Origin: the human T2T-CHM13v2.0 reference genome, Homo sapiens
Strand: one strand, 5' to 3'
DNA length: 64,000 nt
Assembly (NCBI RefSeq): GCF_009914755.1
Contig: NC_060930.1
The notes beneath the pieces are model-generated. The model was not told where the DNA came from and did no database searches. It saw nothing but the letters and a program-made list of their open reading frames with translations. The position numbers were made by a program, and so were the translations under genes. Of the stretch, positions 25,452 to 38,630 are shown piece by piece (position 1 is the first letter of the stretch; the number at the start of each line of letters is the position of its first letter).

Positions 25452-27614
25452 TGAATTAGTCCATTTTCACACTACTGATAAAGACATATCCAAGATTGGG
25501 CAATTTACAAAAGAAAGAGGTTTATTGGACTTACAGTTCCACGTGGCTGGGGTGGCCCCACGATCATGGTGGAAGGTGAAAGGCATGTTTCACATGGTGG
25601 CAGAGAAGGGAAGAGAGCTTGTGCTGAGAAACTCCCCTTCTTAAAACCATCAGATCTCATGAGACTTATTCACTATCATAAGAACAGCAAAGGAAAGACC
25701 TGCCCCCATGATTCAATTACCTTCCACTGGGTCCCTCTCACAACATGTAGGAATTCAAGATGAGATTTGGGCGGGGACAGAGCCAAACCATATTATTCTG
25801 CCTCTGGCCCCTCCAAAATCTCATGTCCTCAAATTTCAAAATCTATCATGCCTTCTCAACAATCTTGCAAAGTCTTAATTCATTTTAGCATTAACTGATA
25901 AGTCCACAGTCCAAAGTCTCAGCTGAGACTACACAAGTCTCTTCCACCTATGAGCCTGGAAAATCAAAAGCAATTTAGTTACTTCCTAGATACAACTGGG
26001 GTTCAGGCATTGAGTAATAGAGCCATTCCAAATGGGAGAAATTGGCCAAAACGAAGCAGCTACAGGCCCTATACAAGTCTAAAATCCAGCAAGGCAATCA
26101 AATCTTAAAGCTCCAAAATGATCTCCTTTGACTCCATGTCTCACATTCAGGTCACACTGATGCAAGAGGTGGGTTCCCATGGTCTTGGGCACCTCCACAC
26201 CTGTGGCTTTGCAGGTTATAGCCTCCCACCTGCCTGATTTCATAGGCTGGCATTGAGTGTCTGTGGCTTTGCCACACACAGTGCAAGCTGTTGGTGGATC
26301 TACCATTCTGAAATCTGGAGGCCCACCCCTGCAGCAAACTTCTGCTTGGGCATTCACGCATTTCCATACACCTACTAAAATCTAGGTGGAGGTTCCCAAA
26401 CTTCAATTCTTGACTTCTGTGCACTCTCAGGCTCAACTCCATGTGAAAGCTGACAAGGCATGGGGCTTCCACCCTCTGAAGCAACAGTCTGAGCTGTAGC
26501 TTGTCCCCTTTTTGTCTCAGCTGGAGTGGCTGGGATGCAGGGCACCAAGTTCCTAGACAGCACACAGCAGAGGGACCCTGGGCCCAGCCCACAAAACCAT
26601 TTTTCCTCCTAAACCTCTGGGGCTGTGATAGGAGGGGCTGCTGTGAAGACCTCTGACATGCCCTGCAGATATTTTCCCCATTGTCTTGAGGATGAATACT
26701 TAGCTCCTCATTATTTATGCAAATTTCTGCAGCTGTCTTGAATTTCTCCTAAGAAAATGGAATTTTCTTTTGTTTATCACATTGTCAAGCTGAAAATTTT
26801 CCAAACTTTTGTGCTCTGTTTCCCTTATAAAACTGAATGCCTTTAATAGCACCCAAGTCACCTCTTGAATGCTTTGCTGTTTAGAAATTTATCCCACCGG
26901 ATACCCTAAATCATCTCTCTTAAGTTCAAAGTTTCACAAATCTCTAGGGCAAGAACAAAATTCTGCCAATCTCTTTACTAAAACATAACAAGAATCACCC
27001 TTGCTCCAGTTCCCAATGAGTTTCTCATCTCCATCTGAGACAATCTCAGTCTGGATTTCATTGTCCATATCATTAGCAGCATTTTAGTCAAAGCCTTTCA
27101 AAAAGTCCTTAGGGAGTTCCAAACTTTCCATATATTCCCGTCTTTTTGTCAGCCCTCCAAACTGTTCCAACTTCTACCTGTTACCCAGTTCCAAAATCTC
27201 TTCCACATTTTCAGGTATCTTTTCAGCAACAACCCACTCTTCTAGAACCAATTTACTGTGTTAGCCCATTTTCATGCTGCTGATAAAGACATACCTGAGA
27301 CTGGGCAATTTACAAAGAATGAGGTTTATTGGACTTACATTTCCACATGTCTGGGAGACCTCCCAATCATGGTGGAAGGTGAAAGGCACATCTCACATGG
27401 CAGCAGACAAGAAGAGGGCTTATGCAAGGAAACTTCCATTTTTAAAACCATCAGATCTTGTGAGACTCATTCACTATCATGAGAACTGAACAAGAAAGAC
27501 TGTCCCCCAGAATTTAATCACCTCCCATTAGGTTCTTACTCCCACAGCATGTGGAAATTGTGGGAGTTACAATTCAAGATGAGATTTAGGTGGGGACATA
27601 GCCAAACCATATCA
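25452..27614 (-). mobile_element. Complete THE1 (ERVL-MaLR) provirus: 3'LTR 25452-25795, internal 25796-27256, 5'LTR 27257-27614
   Basis: Two LTRs ending aaaccatat(t/c)a. On the minus strand the internal region starts gtaaattgg and ends in the polypurine tract ggggccagaggcagaa. Perfect 5-bp TSD ctcct at 25447-25451 and 27615-27619. Confidence 0.96.
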
Positions 27615-30600
27615 CTCCTTAAAGCATGACTCTCACAGGGCCTAGATAATAATAACACAATGAAAAATTCCCCAGGATATTTAGGCAACAACTAACATGA
27701 TGAATAGAACAGTACCTCACATCTCAATACAATGTTGAATGTAAATGGACTAAATCCTTATACAGAATGTCAGAATAGATAAAAATCCACCAAGTATCTG
27801 ATGCCTTCAAGAGACTCGGAACTAACACATAATGATTCACAAAAAAGGTAAAGAAATGGAAAAAGATGTTTTATGGAAATGCTAACCAAAAGGGAGCAGG
27901 AGTAGCTATTCTCATATCAGAGAAAACAGACTTTAGGCAACAACAGTAACAAAAGACAAAGAGGCATATTATACAATGATAAAAGGATTTGTTCAACAGG
28001 AAAATATCACAATACTAGATATATATTCACCTAACACTGGAGCTCCCAAATTCATAAAATGATTACTACTAGACCTAGGAAATGGGATTGACAGCAACAC
28101 AATAATATTGAGGACACTTCAATACCTCCACTAACAGCACAATTCAGGTCATCATGGCAGAAAGTCAACAAAGAAACAATAGACATAAACTATGCCCTAG
28201 TAAACTATGCCATAGTTTTCACAAACTATGAAATTAACAAATATTTACAGAACATTCTACCTCACAACTGCAGACTATAGATTCTTTTCATAAACACATG
28301 GGGTATTCTCCAGAATACACCACATGGTAAGTCACAAAAAAAGTCTTAATAAATTTAAGAAGTTTGAAATAATATTAAGTATCTTCTTCAACCAAAGTGG
28401 AATAAAACTGAAAATTAACTCCAAAAGGAACCCTCAAAACTATATAAATACATGGAAATTAAATAATCTGCTTCTGAATGATCTCTGGGTCAACAATGAA
28501 ATCAAGAGGGAAATTAAAAAATTCATTGAATGGAATGATAATGGTCACACAACTTATCAAAACCTCTGGGATATAGCAAAAGTAGTGCTAAGAGGAAAGT
28601 TCATAGCATTAAATGCCTACATCAAGAAGTCTGAAAGAACACAAATAGACAATCTAATGTCACTTGTCAAGGAACTAGAGAAACAAGAACAAACCAAACC
28701 CAAACCCAGCAGGATAAAATATATAACAAAAATCAGGGTAGAACTAAATTAAATTGAAACAAAAATACACAAAGGATACATGAAACAGAAAGCTGTTTTT
28801 TTTTTTGAAAAGACAAAAAAAATTGATAGACCATTAGTGAAATTAATCAAGAAAAGAAGGGACAAAATCCAAATAAGCTCAATGAGAATTGAAACAGGAG
28901 ATATTACAACCAATATCACAGAAATACAAAAGATAATTCAAGGTTACTATGAACAGCATTATGTTCATGAGCTAGAAAATCTAAGAGAGATGGATAAATT
29001 CCTGAAAATATAAAACCCTTCTAGATTAAATCACACAAAAAATGGAAACTCTGAACAGGCCAATAACAAGTAGGAAGGTTAAGACCGTAATTAATAAAAT
29101 TATCAACAACAAAAGTCCAGAACCAGATGGATTCACAGCTGAATTCTATCAGACATTCAAAGAAGAATTGGTACATTTCCTACTGAAACTATTCCAAAAG
29201 ATAGAGAAAGAGGAAATTCTCCCTAAATCATTCTATGAAGCCAGTAGCACTCTAATACCAAAACTAAGAAAGGACATAACAAAAAAGAAAACTACAGAAC
29301 AATATCCCCAATGAACATAGATGAAAAAATCCTCAATGAAATACTGACTGACCGAATCCAACAGCATCTCAGAAAGATAATACATCACGATCAAGTGGGT
29401 TTCATACCAGTGATGCAGGGATGTTTTAACATATGCAAGTCAATAAATGTGACACATCACATTAACAGAATTAAAAACAAAATCATATGACCATCTCAAT
29501 AGACAAATAAAAAACCTTAGACAAATCCAGCATCCCTTTATGATAAAAACCCTCAGCAAAATTGGCATAGAAGGGACATACTTCAAAGTAATAAAAGCCA
29601 TCTCAGACAAACCCACAGCCAACATCATACTGAACAGGAAAAAGTTGAAGGCATTCCCTCTGAGAACTGGAACAAGGCATTGATGCCTACTTTCACCACT
29701 TTTATTCGACATAGTACTGGATGCCCTAGCCAGAAAAATCAGACAAGAGAAAGAAATAAAGGGCATCTAAATCAGAAAAGAGGAAAGTCAAACTGTCAGT
29801 GGTTGGTGATGATATGACTGTATGTGTAGAAAAATCTAAAGACTCATCCAAAAAGCTCCTAGATTTGATAAATAAACTCAGTAAAGTTTCAGGATACAAA
29901 ATCAATATACATAAAGCAGTAGCATTGCTATATACCAATAAATACCAATCTGAGAATCAAATCAAGAACTCAACCCCTTTTACTTACAACAGCAGCAAAA
30001 AAAATGTAATACTTGAGAATATATCTAACCAAGGAGGTGAAAGATCTCTACAAGGAAAACTACAAAGCACTGCTGAAAGAAATCATAGACAACACAAACA
30101 AATGGAAACACTTACAATGCTTTTGAAAGGGTAGGACCAATATTGTGAAAATGACCATAATGCCAAATACATCTATAAATTCAATTCAGTTCACATCAAA
30201 ATACCATTATCATTCTTCACAGAACTAGAAAAAAAATCTTAAAATTCATATGGGGCCAAAAAAGAGCTCACATAGCCAAAATGATACTAAGCAAAGAGAA
30301 CAAATCTGGAGGCATCACATTACCTGACTCCAAACTACACTACAAGGCTATAATAGCTACCAAAATAGCATGGTGTGGTATAGAAATAGGCATATAGACT
30401 CATGGAAAAGTAGAAATATCCCATAAATAACCCAAAGAAAAAAGCCAAATACTTACAGCCAACTGACTTCAATAAAGCATACAAAAAACATAAAGTAAGA
30501 AAAAGACACCTTATTCAGCAAATGGTGCTGGGGTAATTGGCCAACAACATGTGGAAGAATAAAACTGGATCCTCATCTCTCACCTTATACAAAAATCAAC

Positions 30601-30777
30601 TCAAGATGGATCAAAGACTTAAATCTAAGACATGAAACAATAAAAATTCTAGAACATCAAAAAACTCTTCCACTTATTGGCTTAGGCAAGGAATTCATGG
30701 CCAAGAACCCAAAAGCAAATGCAACAAAAACAAAATTTGGCAAATGAGACCTACTTAAACTAAAGAACTTCTGCACA

Positions 30778-30779
<2 letters not shown>

Positions 30780-30816
<37 letters not shown>
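30780..30816. repeat. (GA)n microsatellite within L1PB ORF2
   Basis: Uninterrupted run of about 18 AG/GA units. Confidence 0.95.
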
Positions 30817-30821
<5 letters not shown>

Positions 30822-33112
30822 CTATCAACATAGTGAACAGACAACCCACCGAGTGGGAGAAAATATTTGCAAACTATGCATGTGGCAAAGGACTCCTGTC
30901 CAGAATATATATATGGAATTCAAACAAAGTAGCAAAAAAAGCCCAAATAATCTCATCAAAAAGTGGGCAAAGGACATGAATGACCAATTATCAAAAGAAG
31001 ATATACAAATGGTCAGCAAACATGAAAAAAATGGTTGATATCACTAATTATCAGAGAAATGAAAATTAAAACCACAATGAGATACCACCTCACTCCTGCA
31101 AGAATGGCATAAGTAAAAAAATAAAAACAATAATATATTTTGATTGATGTAGATGTGGTGAAAAGGGAACACTTTTACAGTACTGGTTAGAATGTAAACT
31201 AGCATAACCACTATGGAAAACAGTATGGGATTCCTTGAAGAACTAAAAGTAGAACTACCATTTGATCCAGGAATCCCACTAGTGGGTATCTACCCAAAGG
31301 AAAATAAGTCATTATATGAAAAAGACACTTGCACACACATGCTTATAGCAACACAATTCACTAGTACACAATTCACAATTGTGAAAATATGAAATCAACC
31401 TAAATGTCTATCAACCAATGAGTGGATAAAGAAAATGTGGCATTTACACACCATAGTATACTACTGAGCTATAAAAAGGAATGAAATCATTGCATTAGCA
31501 GCAACCGGGATGAAGTTGGAGACTATTATTCTAAGTGAAGTAGCTCAGGAATGAAAAACCAAATATTGTATGTTCTTACTTATACGTAGGAGCTAAGCTA
31601 TGAGGACACAAAGGCATAAGAATGATATAATGGACTTTGAGGACTTGGTAAACAAGGTGGGAGGTGGGTGAGGAATAAAACACTACATATTGGTTACAGT
31701 GTACACTGCTTGAGTGATGAGTGTACCAAAATCTCAGATATCACCACCAAAGAATTTATCCACATAACCAAAAACCACCTATTCCTCAAAAACTATTGAA
31801 ATAAAATAAAACAAAAAGTCTCAAACCATTATTTCATCTTTGTGGTGTGGATTTTCCACCCTCCTCCATTTTTACTCCATCTCTCTTCCAAATTATATAA
31901 TTTTATAGTGTCACAAATTATTCACTTATAATGTATCTATGGCAAAAATGAATACCTATAGGTAGAAAGAATAAAGCCTGCAAAATTAGAAATTTGATTC
32001 TACTGTTAATACTTCAAAAATGTAATCTTAACAGTTTAATAAAAGTCTTTTCTAGTATGTTTGTTTTTCTGTCTTCAATATTTTTAGTATTATGCCTTTA
32101 CAATGACAATAGTATTTCTGCATACTAAAGTTTGTGAAGCAACGTGGTGTAACTGATACAATAGCTTTACTATAGTTTTACTATGTTAAGATGTCTGAAC
32201 CTCAAGCTATCCTTTATCAATTCATTTTGAGCCAAATATCTCAAGCACTGTATTTTTGATATTACATTCCCTTATTGTGTGTTACCTGGCTTTTGTTGAA
32301 TAGTTAAAAGCCTAACCCTGTTCATTTTATACTAACATTTGAATACTATTTGAATGAAAGTTTTTCTACTTGTAACATAGAGTAAAGCTTTCATCACACG
32401 GAAGCATCCCAAAATTTGTTTTGAGGTGTTAACTTGCCAAAACTTTGGGTGCACTGTAAGATTTTTCATTATTTAACTTCAGATAAGTTGCATTTCTCTT
32501 GTGGGTGAGTAATTTCTTTTTGCCAAAAACACATTAAATTTTTGATTAGTAGCAAGGAGATGAGCCATGTTGCAGACGATGCATTACAAAGAAGACTTGT
32601 TTTGGTCTACATACTTATATCCCTGTTGATCCTCTTTGAATATCAAACACATAACATGTTCCCAGGTTTGTTTCTTTTTTTCCTTAAAAGTTGTTTTGTA
32701 GGATAATAAGTTTAGATCAACATAAAATACTTTTTTCCAATCTGGCATTTGATTCAGTGAGTTTTATTCACAACATTTTATTATATAACCATCTAGATTA
32801 TCATTACATTGTATTAGGCTTATTTCATCTACCACTTAATCCTCTTCGGAGAGATTATGAGTGGGACAAAGTTAGAAAAAGTAAAGGAGTACTTATGTTA
32901 AGGTGTTTAAGCTTATCTGATAACAGACAACATTAAAACTAATGGTTGTTGGTAGTGACAACTAGATCTTTGCTCTATATTTTTCAGATATATAATTAAG
33001 AAGCTCCTTGCATTTTGCCCCTTCCCTGTGATTAAAAGAAAAAATAGCTTCACCATCCAAAAAAAGTATCTACTTTTTGTTTGAATACTTAGGATAAGTT
33101 AATACCTGTATG

Positions 33113-33170
33113 ATCTATATCTAATCTATCTATCTATTATCTATCTATCCATCTAGCTATATCTATCTAT
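33113..33170. repeat. Imperfect (TCTA)n tetranucleotide repeat
   Basis: atctatctatctattatctatctatccatctagctatatctatctat. Confidence 0.85.
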
Positions 33171-33214
33171 AAATCACAGAACTTGCTTAATATTAAAAAA
33201 CTTAAAGCTTATAT

Positions 33215-33350
33215 GATCACTCTAACTTTATATATGAGAAAACAGAAATCTGAGACATAAGTAGGTTTTCTAACATCACATACCTAATAAGTGTTAGAGT
33301 TTGATTCAGGCCATATCAGTCTGGCTTGATAGTCTATGCCTTTCTATTAT
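33215..33350 (-). mobile_element. MIR SINE
   Basis: tttatatatgagaaaacagaaatctgagac...acatcacatacctaataagtgttagag: reverse MIR core. Confidence 0.65.
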
Positions 33351-35419
33351 GCCAAATCTACTGCTTAGCCAGTGTTGAAAGTACTCTGACAGTGGCCTAA
33401 TGGTATCACAAATATAAAGAGCTAAACATAATTTACAAAATAACATAAACAGATGGAGAAACACTTTAGTTTTCAAGCAGTAAGTTTTGTGATTTAAAAA
33501 ACAGAGACAATTATCCCCAAAAAAGACTAGTTGTCAAATTCTTTTCTGCTAATGCTGTCTAATTTGCTTTCAGAGGCTTAGGAGACCTCTCGGGCCCAAC
33601 CTTACAGAGCTTATTGGCAGACTGGAGTAGTCTGAAGCAAAATTGTAGAGACTAGAGGCAGAAATGCTAGGAGCATGTGCAAATTCTAGTGAGGATAGAT
33701 TTTCTTCCTAGCAGAGCAGCTTAAAAAATTTGTTATGAGGAGATATTTTGAGGGCAGAGAGCTGCAAATATCAAGAAGTTTCAAGAATTAGGTAGAAAAA
33801 TTTTCAACTAGATCATAGAAGAAACAATTCTTCTGGCAATTCAGCTGATTCTCATGCGCTTTGGGTTATCTGACATGAGCCTAGAAGTGATACGCTTGGG
33901 CAGATAAAGAGTTTTAATTATTCTCCATTGGTTTAAATATTTATTCAGGGTCTATAAACAAATAAGTTTCAGCATGTCTATATATCATACATATCTAAGG
34001 TAAATATGTTCCACATATGTTGGAAAATACATTTTTAAATTTTTTAAAAAATATTAATCTGTCTTTCCAAAGAGCTTTGAGCTTCAAGAGCAGTAAAGAC
34101 TGCATTGAAATCAACTATGATTTAAACTAGGATTAAAATATTTTTATTTTGTAATACTTTATGTTATGCTTAGTACTATTCTAAAATATAATATCAAATA
34201 ACATTTAATCATTTTTTACATAAATATTTCATAAACTGGGACTAAATGGTAAAGTAAGATTAAAAATATTTTATACATGAAAGGATTATTTATCTTCTAA
34301 ATGTGAGAATAGGTCAAATTACATTGTATGAAAAAATATAACAATAGGAAATCTCATTTATCAGGCATTTTCCAAAATATACATTAGATAAAATCATATA
34401 TAGATCAGGCACTATTAAGTGACAATACACACAAAATATTATTAAAATAAACAGCAGAATATTACAGATGATTCCAGATTATTCTATTAGCATTTCACAT
34501 GGAATTTCCTTTTGGAAAGTTAGTATCAGCAAGATGCCAGGGGCGTTTCTGAGAGATTTAGAATGGCTTAGAAGTGGAGTGTTTGTTCCACTTCTTTCTG
34601 AATGATAGTCTTTGGTTCACATTTTCCCCTTCATTCACTTTAAAAACTCATTTCTATGAATAGCTAATTCATACCATCAATTTGATTAGGAAACATTACT
34701 ATATTATAAAATTAAAATGATTTATTTGAAAAATTATATAACACCATCAGAGAAATAAGCATAAAATGTAAAGATGATAGAATAGATAACATGAAAGGGA
34801 AAAAGAAAACATTAGATGTCCTATTAGAGGAAGGGCAAAGTTATGGTACTAGAAGCATTATAGTAAATAGATAAATGCCATAAAATTTTTTTTGCACAAG
34901 ATCGTTAAATAAAAACTGTTCATTAACTATAAAATTGTGTATATATTTTCCAAACAAAATGTAAATATGTATGAGCAGAAAAAATTAAGATGACTTACTA
35001 GATTTTTGCCATGGTTTTTATTTTTATGTTTAAAGAAGATGCAATGAAACAATCACTTGCTTCCATCACCAGAGATGACCAGAAAGTTTAGTAGTCAAGC
35101 ATTCTGACACATAGAAAAGATTAGAAAAAAACATTTTCACCATTGAGTTACCCTATGTCTTAAAAAAGATCACTGTATAGACAATGAGACACATATTCTT
35201 TATTTTCTTTTCCAATCTGGAATGATGATTGGCAAATAAATGCTTCTTACCTGTTGAGTGAATGAATGAAGTGTGAAAGAAAGCAGGGTATGTTTGAATT
35301 ATTGAGAAGATTCACTTTGTATGTAATTTTCTTATTGGTCATCCTGTTGTATGTTTGGTGGTAACTGGTCAGAGACTCGAAGGAACATGAAATTTAATTC
35401 ATATAGAGCTTAAAAAATA

Positions 35420-35530
35420 GAAGAAAGAGTATTGAATGAGGAATAGGTACATGGATTTTAGTCCTCACTCTGCAACTGTAATCTTCAGCAAACCATTTCA
35501 CCCTCCTCAGTCTTCTGATTTATAAAAGTC
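35420..35530 (+). mobile_element. MIR SINE
   Basis: catggattttagtcctcactctgcaact...tcttcagcaaaccatttcaccctc. Confidence 0.55.
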
Positions 35531-35984
35531 AAGAAAAGTGATAAAATATGTATTGTTTCTCCTAGGTTATCCTTCTCGGGATGCCCCAGTTCTTGTTATC
35601 ACATTCTTGTAAATATTACATCATGCTATATGTAAACATTTAAAGCACAGTTTAGAATAAAAATATTTTTTATCATTTTTTTACTTATTTTTCCTGTTAA
35701 GTCATCCTTATCACTATGACAAAATGCTTACATTGACTTTAGGGTGCTTTATAAATTATGAAATCCTGGTGAAATATATGGCATTACTATGAGCCACATT
35801 CATTTCCTCATGTCGAGGAACTGAATTTTTCTCACTGTTATTACTTAGATCTTCCATGATGGAAAAAGTTATATACTTTTGTGAAACAAGAAAAACAAAT
35901 AGGAGACACTAACTTATCTTTTTCTCCAGAATTTAAACAATAGCAAGAATGCAGAAAGCAAAATAGAAACATCTATGGGCTACT

Positions 35985-36850
35985 CTTTAAATAATTTGAA
36001 ATATATTGTACATAAATATATATTCATTCTAAGACATGGTAATGAAACTAACACTGATGTATCCACCACTTACATTAAGAAATAGAATATCGCCAGTTCT
36101 TGAGAGTCCCCCAATGTGCCCCTCCCTAAACACTTTCCCTCACCCCTAAAGAGGTAACTACAATCCTGAATTTTTCCTAATCGCTTCCTTTCTTATTGTG
36201 GTAGTTTTGTCTTATTTTATATGTACTCCTAAATAATATTTTATAGTTTTACTTTTATTTTGAAATACAGTTAACATATGGCAAAATAAATCTTAAGTGT
36301 ACAATTTGATAAAATTTAAAAACAGGCTGGGCACAGTGGCTCATGCCTGTAGTTCCAGGACTTTGAGAGGCATTTTTGGGAGAATTACTTCAGGCCAGGA
36401 GTTCAAGACCAGCCTAGACAACAAAGTAAGACCCCATCTCTGCAAAAATTTAAAAATCAGGGAGGGTGTGGTGGCCTGCACCTGGAGCCCCAGCTACTTG
36501 GGAGACAGGTGGGAAGAACGTTTCAGCCCAGAATTTCGAGGCTGCAGTGAGCTCTAATGATGCCACAGAACTCTGCCTGGGTGTTAGAGCAAGACCTTGT
36601 CTCAAAAACACAAAAAAGAATATGTATATGTAAACCCCTACCCAAAAAGATGTAGAGCATTTTGATCAACCCAGAAAATCCCCACATACCCCTTTTCACT
36701 CAATATCCCCACCACCGATTCTGAGGCAAACATTTTTTCTGATCTTTTATCATGAATTAATTTCATATTCAATTCACTTGTTCATATGAATTGAATTCTA
36801 TGGTACATATTATTTTGAGAATGACTTATTTTACATAGCATCATGTTTAT
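35985..36850 (-). mobile_element. Two adjacent old L1M (MB/ME-type) 3'-end relics; the second is split by an Alu
   Basis: tgtatccaccac...aagaaatagaatatcgccag...gaggtaactacaatcctgaattt, and atcttaagtgtacaatttgat...[Alu]...tagagcattttgatcaacccagaaaatcccc. Confidence 0.7.
36325..36618 (+). mobile_element. AluJ SINE
   Basis: ggctgggcacagtggctcatgcctgtag...aggccaggagttcaagaccagcct...gaggctgcagtgagct...gcaagaccttgtctcaaaaa (J-type diagnostics). Confidence 0.92.
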
Positions 36851-37889
36851 CATATATATGTTCAAAAACTTAAAAATGGTAATAATGAGTAAACAAACCA
36901 GGGAAACCTAGCAGAGAAATGAAACTCCATATAAACCTAAAAAGGGTTCTAAAATTTTAAAGCACAATATATGATATGAAAAGTTTACTAGTAACATGGA
37001 ATTAATTTACTACTGTTGAGGACTTAAAATTCAGCAAGTGCTGTAGCTGACCAAAGACATAGATTCTTTCCCTATGAGTTGTTTATGTAGCTATGGAAAC
37101 AAATCAAATTCTGAAAAATACTATAATAAAAATTACAGGAGAATTCAAGGAAACAGTGGTAGAGATTTGACTATCCTTTGACTAATTGCAACGCATTAAT
37201 AAAATATTGGTTCTAATTTTTCAGGGAATAATAAATTGACTTTAGGCTGTGGTGATAAGAGAATACTTCATGGAAGAATCAAATGTGGAGCTAAATATTA
37301 TATAATATATAAAGTTTACATAAGTAGAGAGGAGAGTTAGGAAATTCTCTCCAATGTTGAAGAGTGGAAAAATTTTAAGTTATGTTAAAAGAGTATTAAG
37401 CAAAACAGACTCTTAAAGTATCTCCTCAAGATAAGTCAATCCATCTGAATACTAAAATGATTCCAACTTCTTTGTTCCTCCATATCTTTACATAAATCCT
37501 TCTAAATTACTGCTGTAGAGAAATTATAAAAATTAAAATGAAAACTGGAGCTTTGAAGAAATGACATCTAGTTTTGAAAATCTAAATTTTAAATATTAAT
37601 TTAGGACTAAGGGAAAGAGCAGTTAATTTGTGAATAAATGGGCCTTCTTTAAATGTTTTTCTTTAAATACATCACCAGGAAGTTATTAGTGGATGCCTGC
37701 ATTAAGTGAATGATGCACAAGTGAAGGAAAAGTGAATAAATGTAGTGGCACAAGGAGATCAAGAAAATATGTGACACTAAGTATCACTGAGAAGTAAAGC
37801 ATAAAAACAGGACTTGACAAAAGATAAATGGGAAGTTACAGTAACACAGGAAGGTATAATATTTAGCAAAGCATCTTGTGAAAGATGAG

Positions 37890-38060
37890 GAAAAAGAGCA
37901 AATGGCACGGAATCAGTAGACTGAATTTAATTCCCAGTTTAATAACTTATAAACTGTAATCTCAGCAAGACATTTGCTTCTTTCTTCACTTTATTTTAGC
38001 CTCTAAAGTTTTCTCAGAGTTGGCATGGTGAACTAACTTAATGGTGACGCATGCAAAATT
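37890..38060 (+). mobile_element. MIR SINE
   Basis: ggaatcagtagactgaatttaattcccagtttt...aactgtaatctcagcaagacattt. Confidence 0.55.
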
Positions 38061-38567
38061 TCGTAAGTTTTGTACTTAGCAGATTTGACTAGAACTCAGA
38101 TCATGAATATGAAATGATTTGTAAATGATATGAAGGTATCTGTAGAATTTTGCTGAAGAATTTTAAATTTGGAAGGAGTGCAAACCATAGGCTCTGGTGA
38201 AGAAAAGAGGATTAAGTGACATATTTTAGGGTATGTTTATTTTTGGTTAGTTGTTAAAGTTTGTCTCCTACATACTGGAATCCAACATCACATCTGAAAA
38301 TTTGTGACTGGTATGTTCTAAGAGAAAAAAGACTTAGAAGGATGTCTGGGGAGAACATTTTTCTGAATGTTCTGATGCCCATAATTATTGCCAATCAGCA
38401 ATAAAATTCATGTATCTTGATTTTAATGAAAGTATACACATACAACTTTTAATAAAGGTATTTATCATAAGTGATACACAGTTTTATTCTTAGATGTATG
38501 TCAAAGAATACTCTGGGAACCTAATAGAAATGCCAAATGTCTTTACTGGATATTATAAATATTATAC

Positions 38568-38630
38568 GTGTATATATTGTATATACATTTATATATAATA
38601 TATACATTTATATATATACACACACATACA
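38568..38630. repeat. (TA)n/(CA)n low-complexity tract
   Basis: tatatacatttatatata occurs twice, then (CA)n. Confidence 0.8.

Larger units (their letters stand above)
21430..31817 (+). mobile_element. Full-length L1PB LINE-1 (L1PBa-type 5'UTR, L1PB2/3-like 3' end) with three nested insertions
   Basis: 5' gaagatggcagataagaggcag. ORF1 runs from ~23740. ORF2 fragments at 28324-28752, 29042-29314 and 29799-30134. 3' end aaaaactattgaaataaaa. TSD core gtctcaaac at 21421-21429 and 31818-31826. Confidence 0.93.

Noticed and set aside
26079-26592. 146-aa and 92-aa minus-strand ORFs
   Set aside because: They are THE1-internal sequence, a common source of spurious protein predictions, and are disrupted by a deletion.
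35246-35253. Minus-strand splice donor consensus CAG/GTAAG
   Set aside because: It sits in an L2-like (TGAA)n tail with no supportable acceptor or reading frame.
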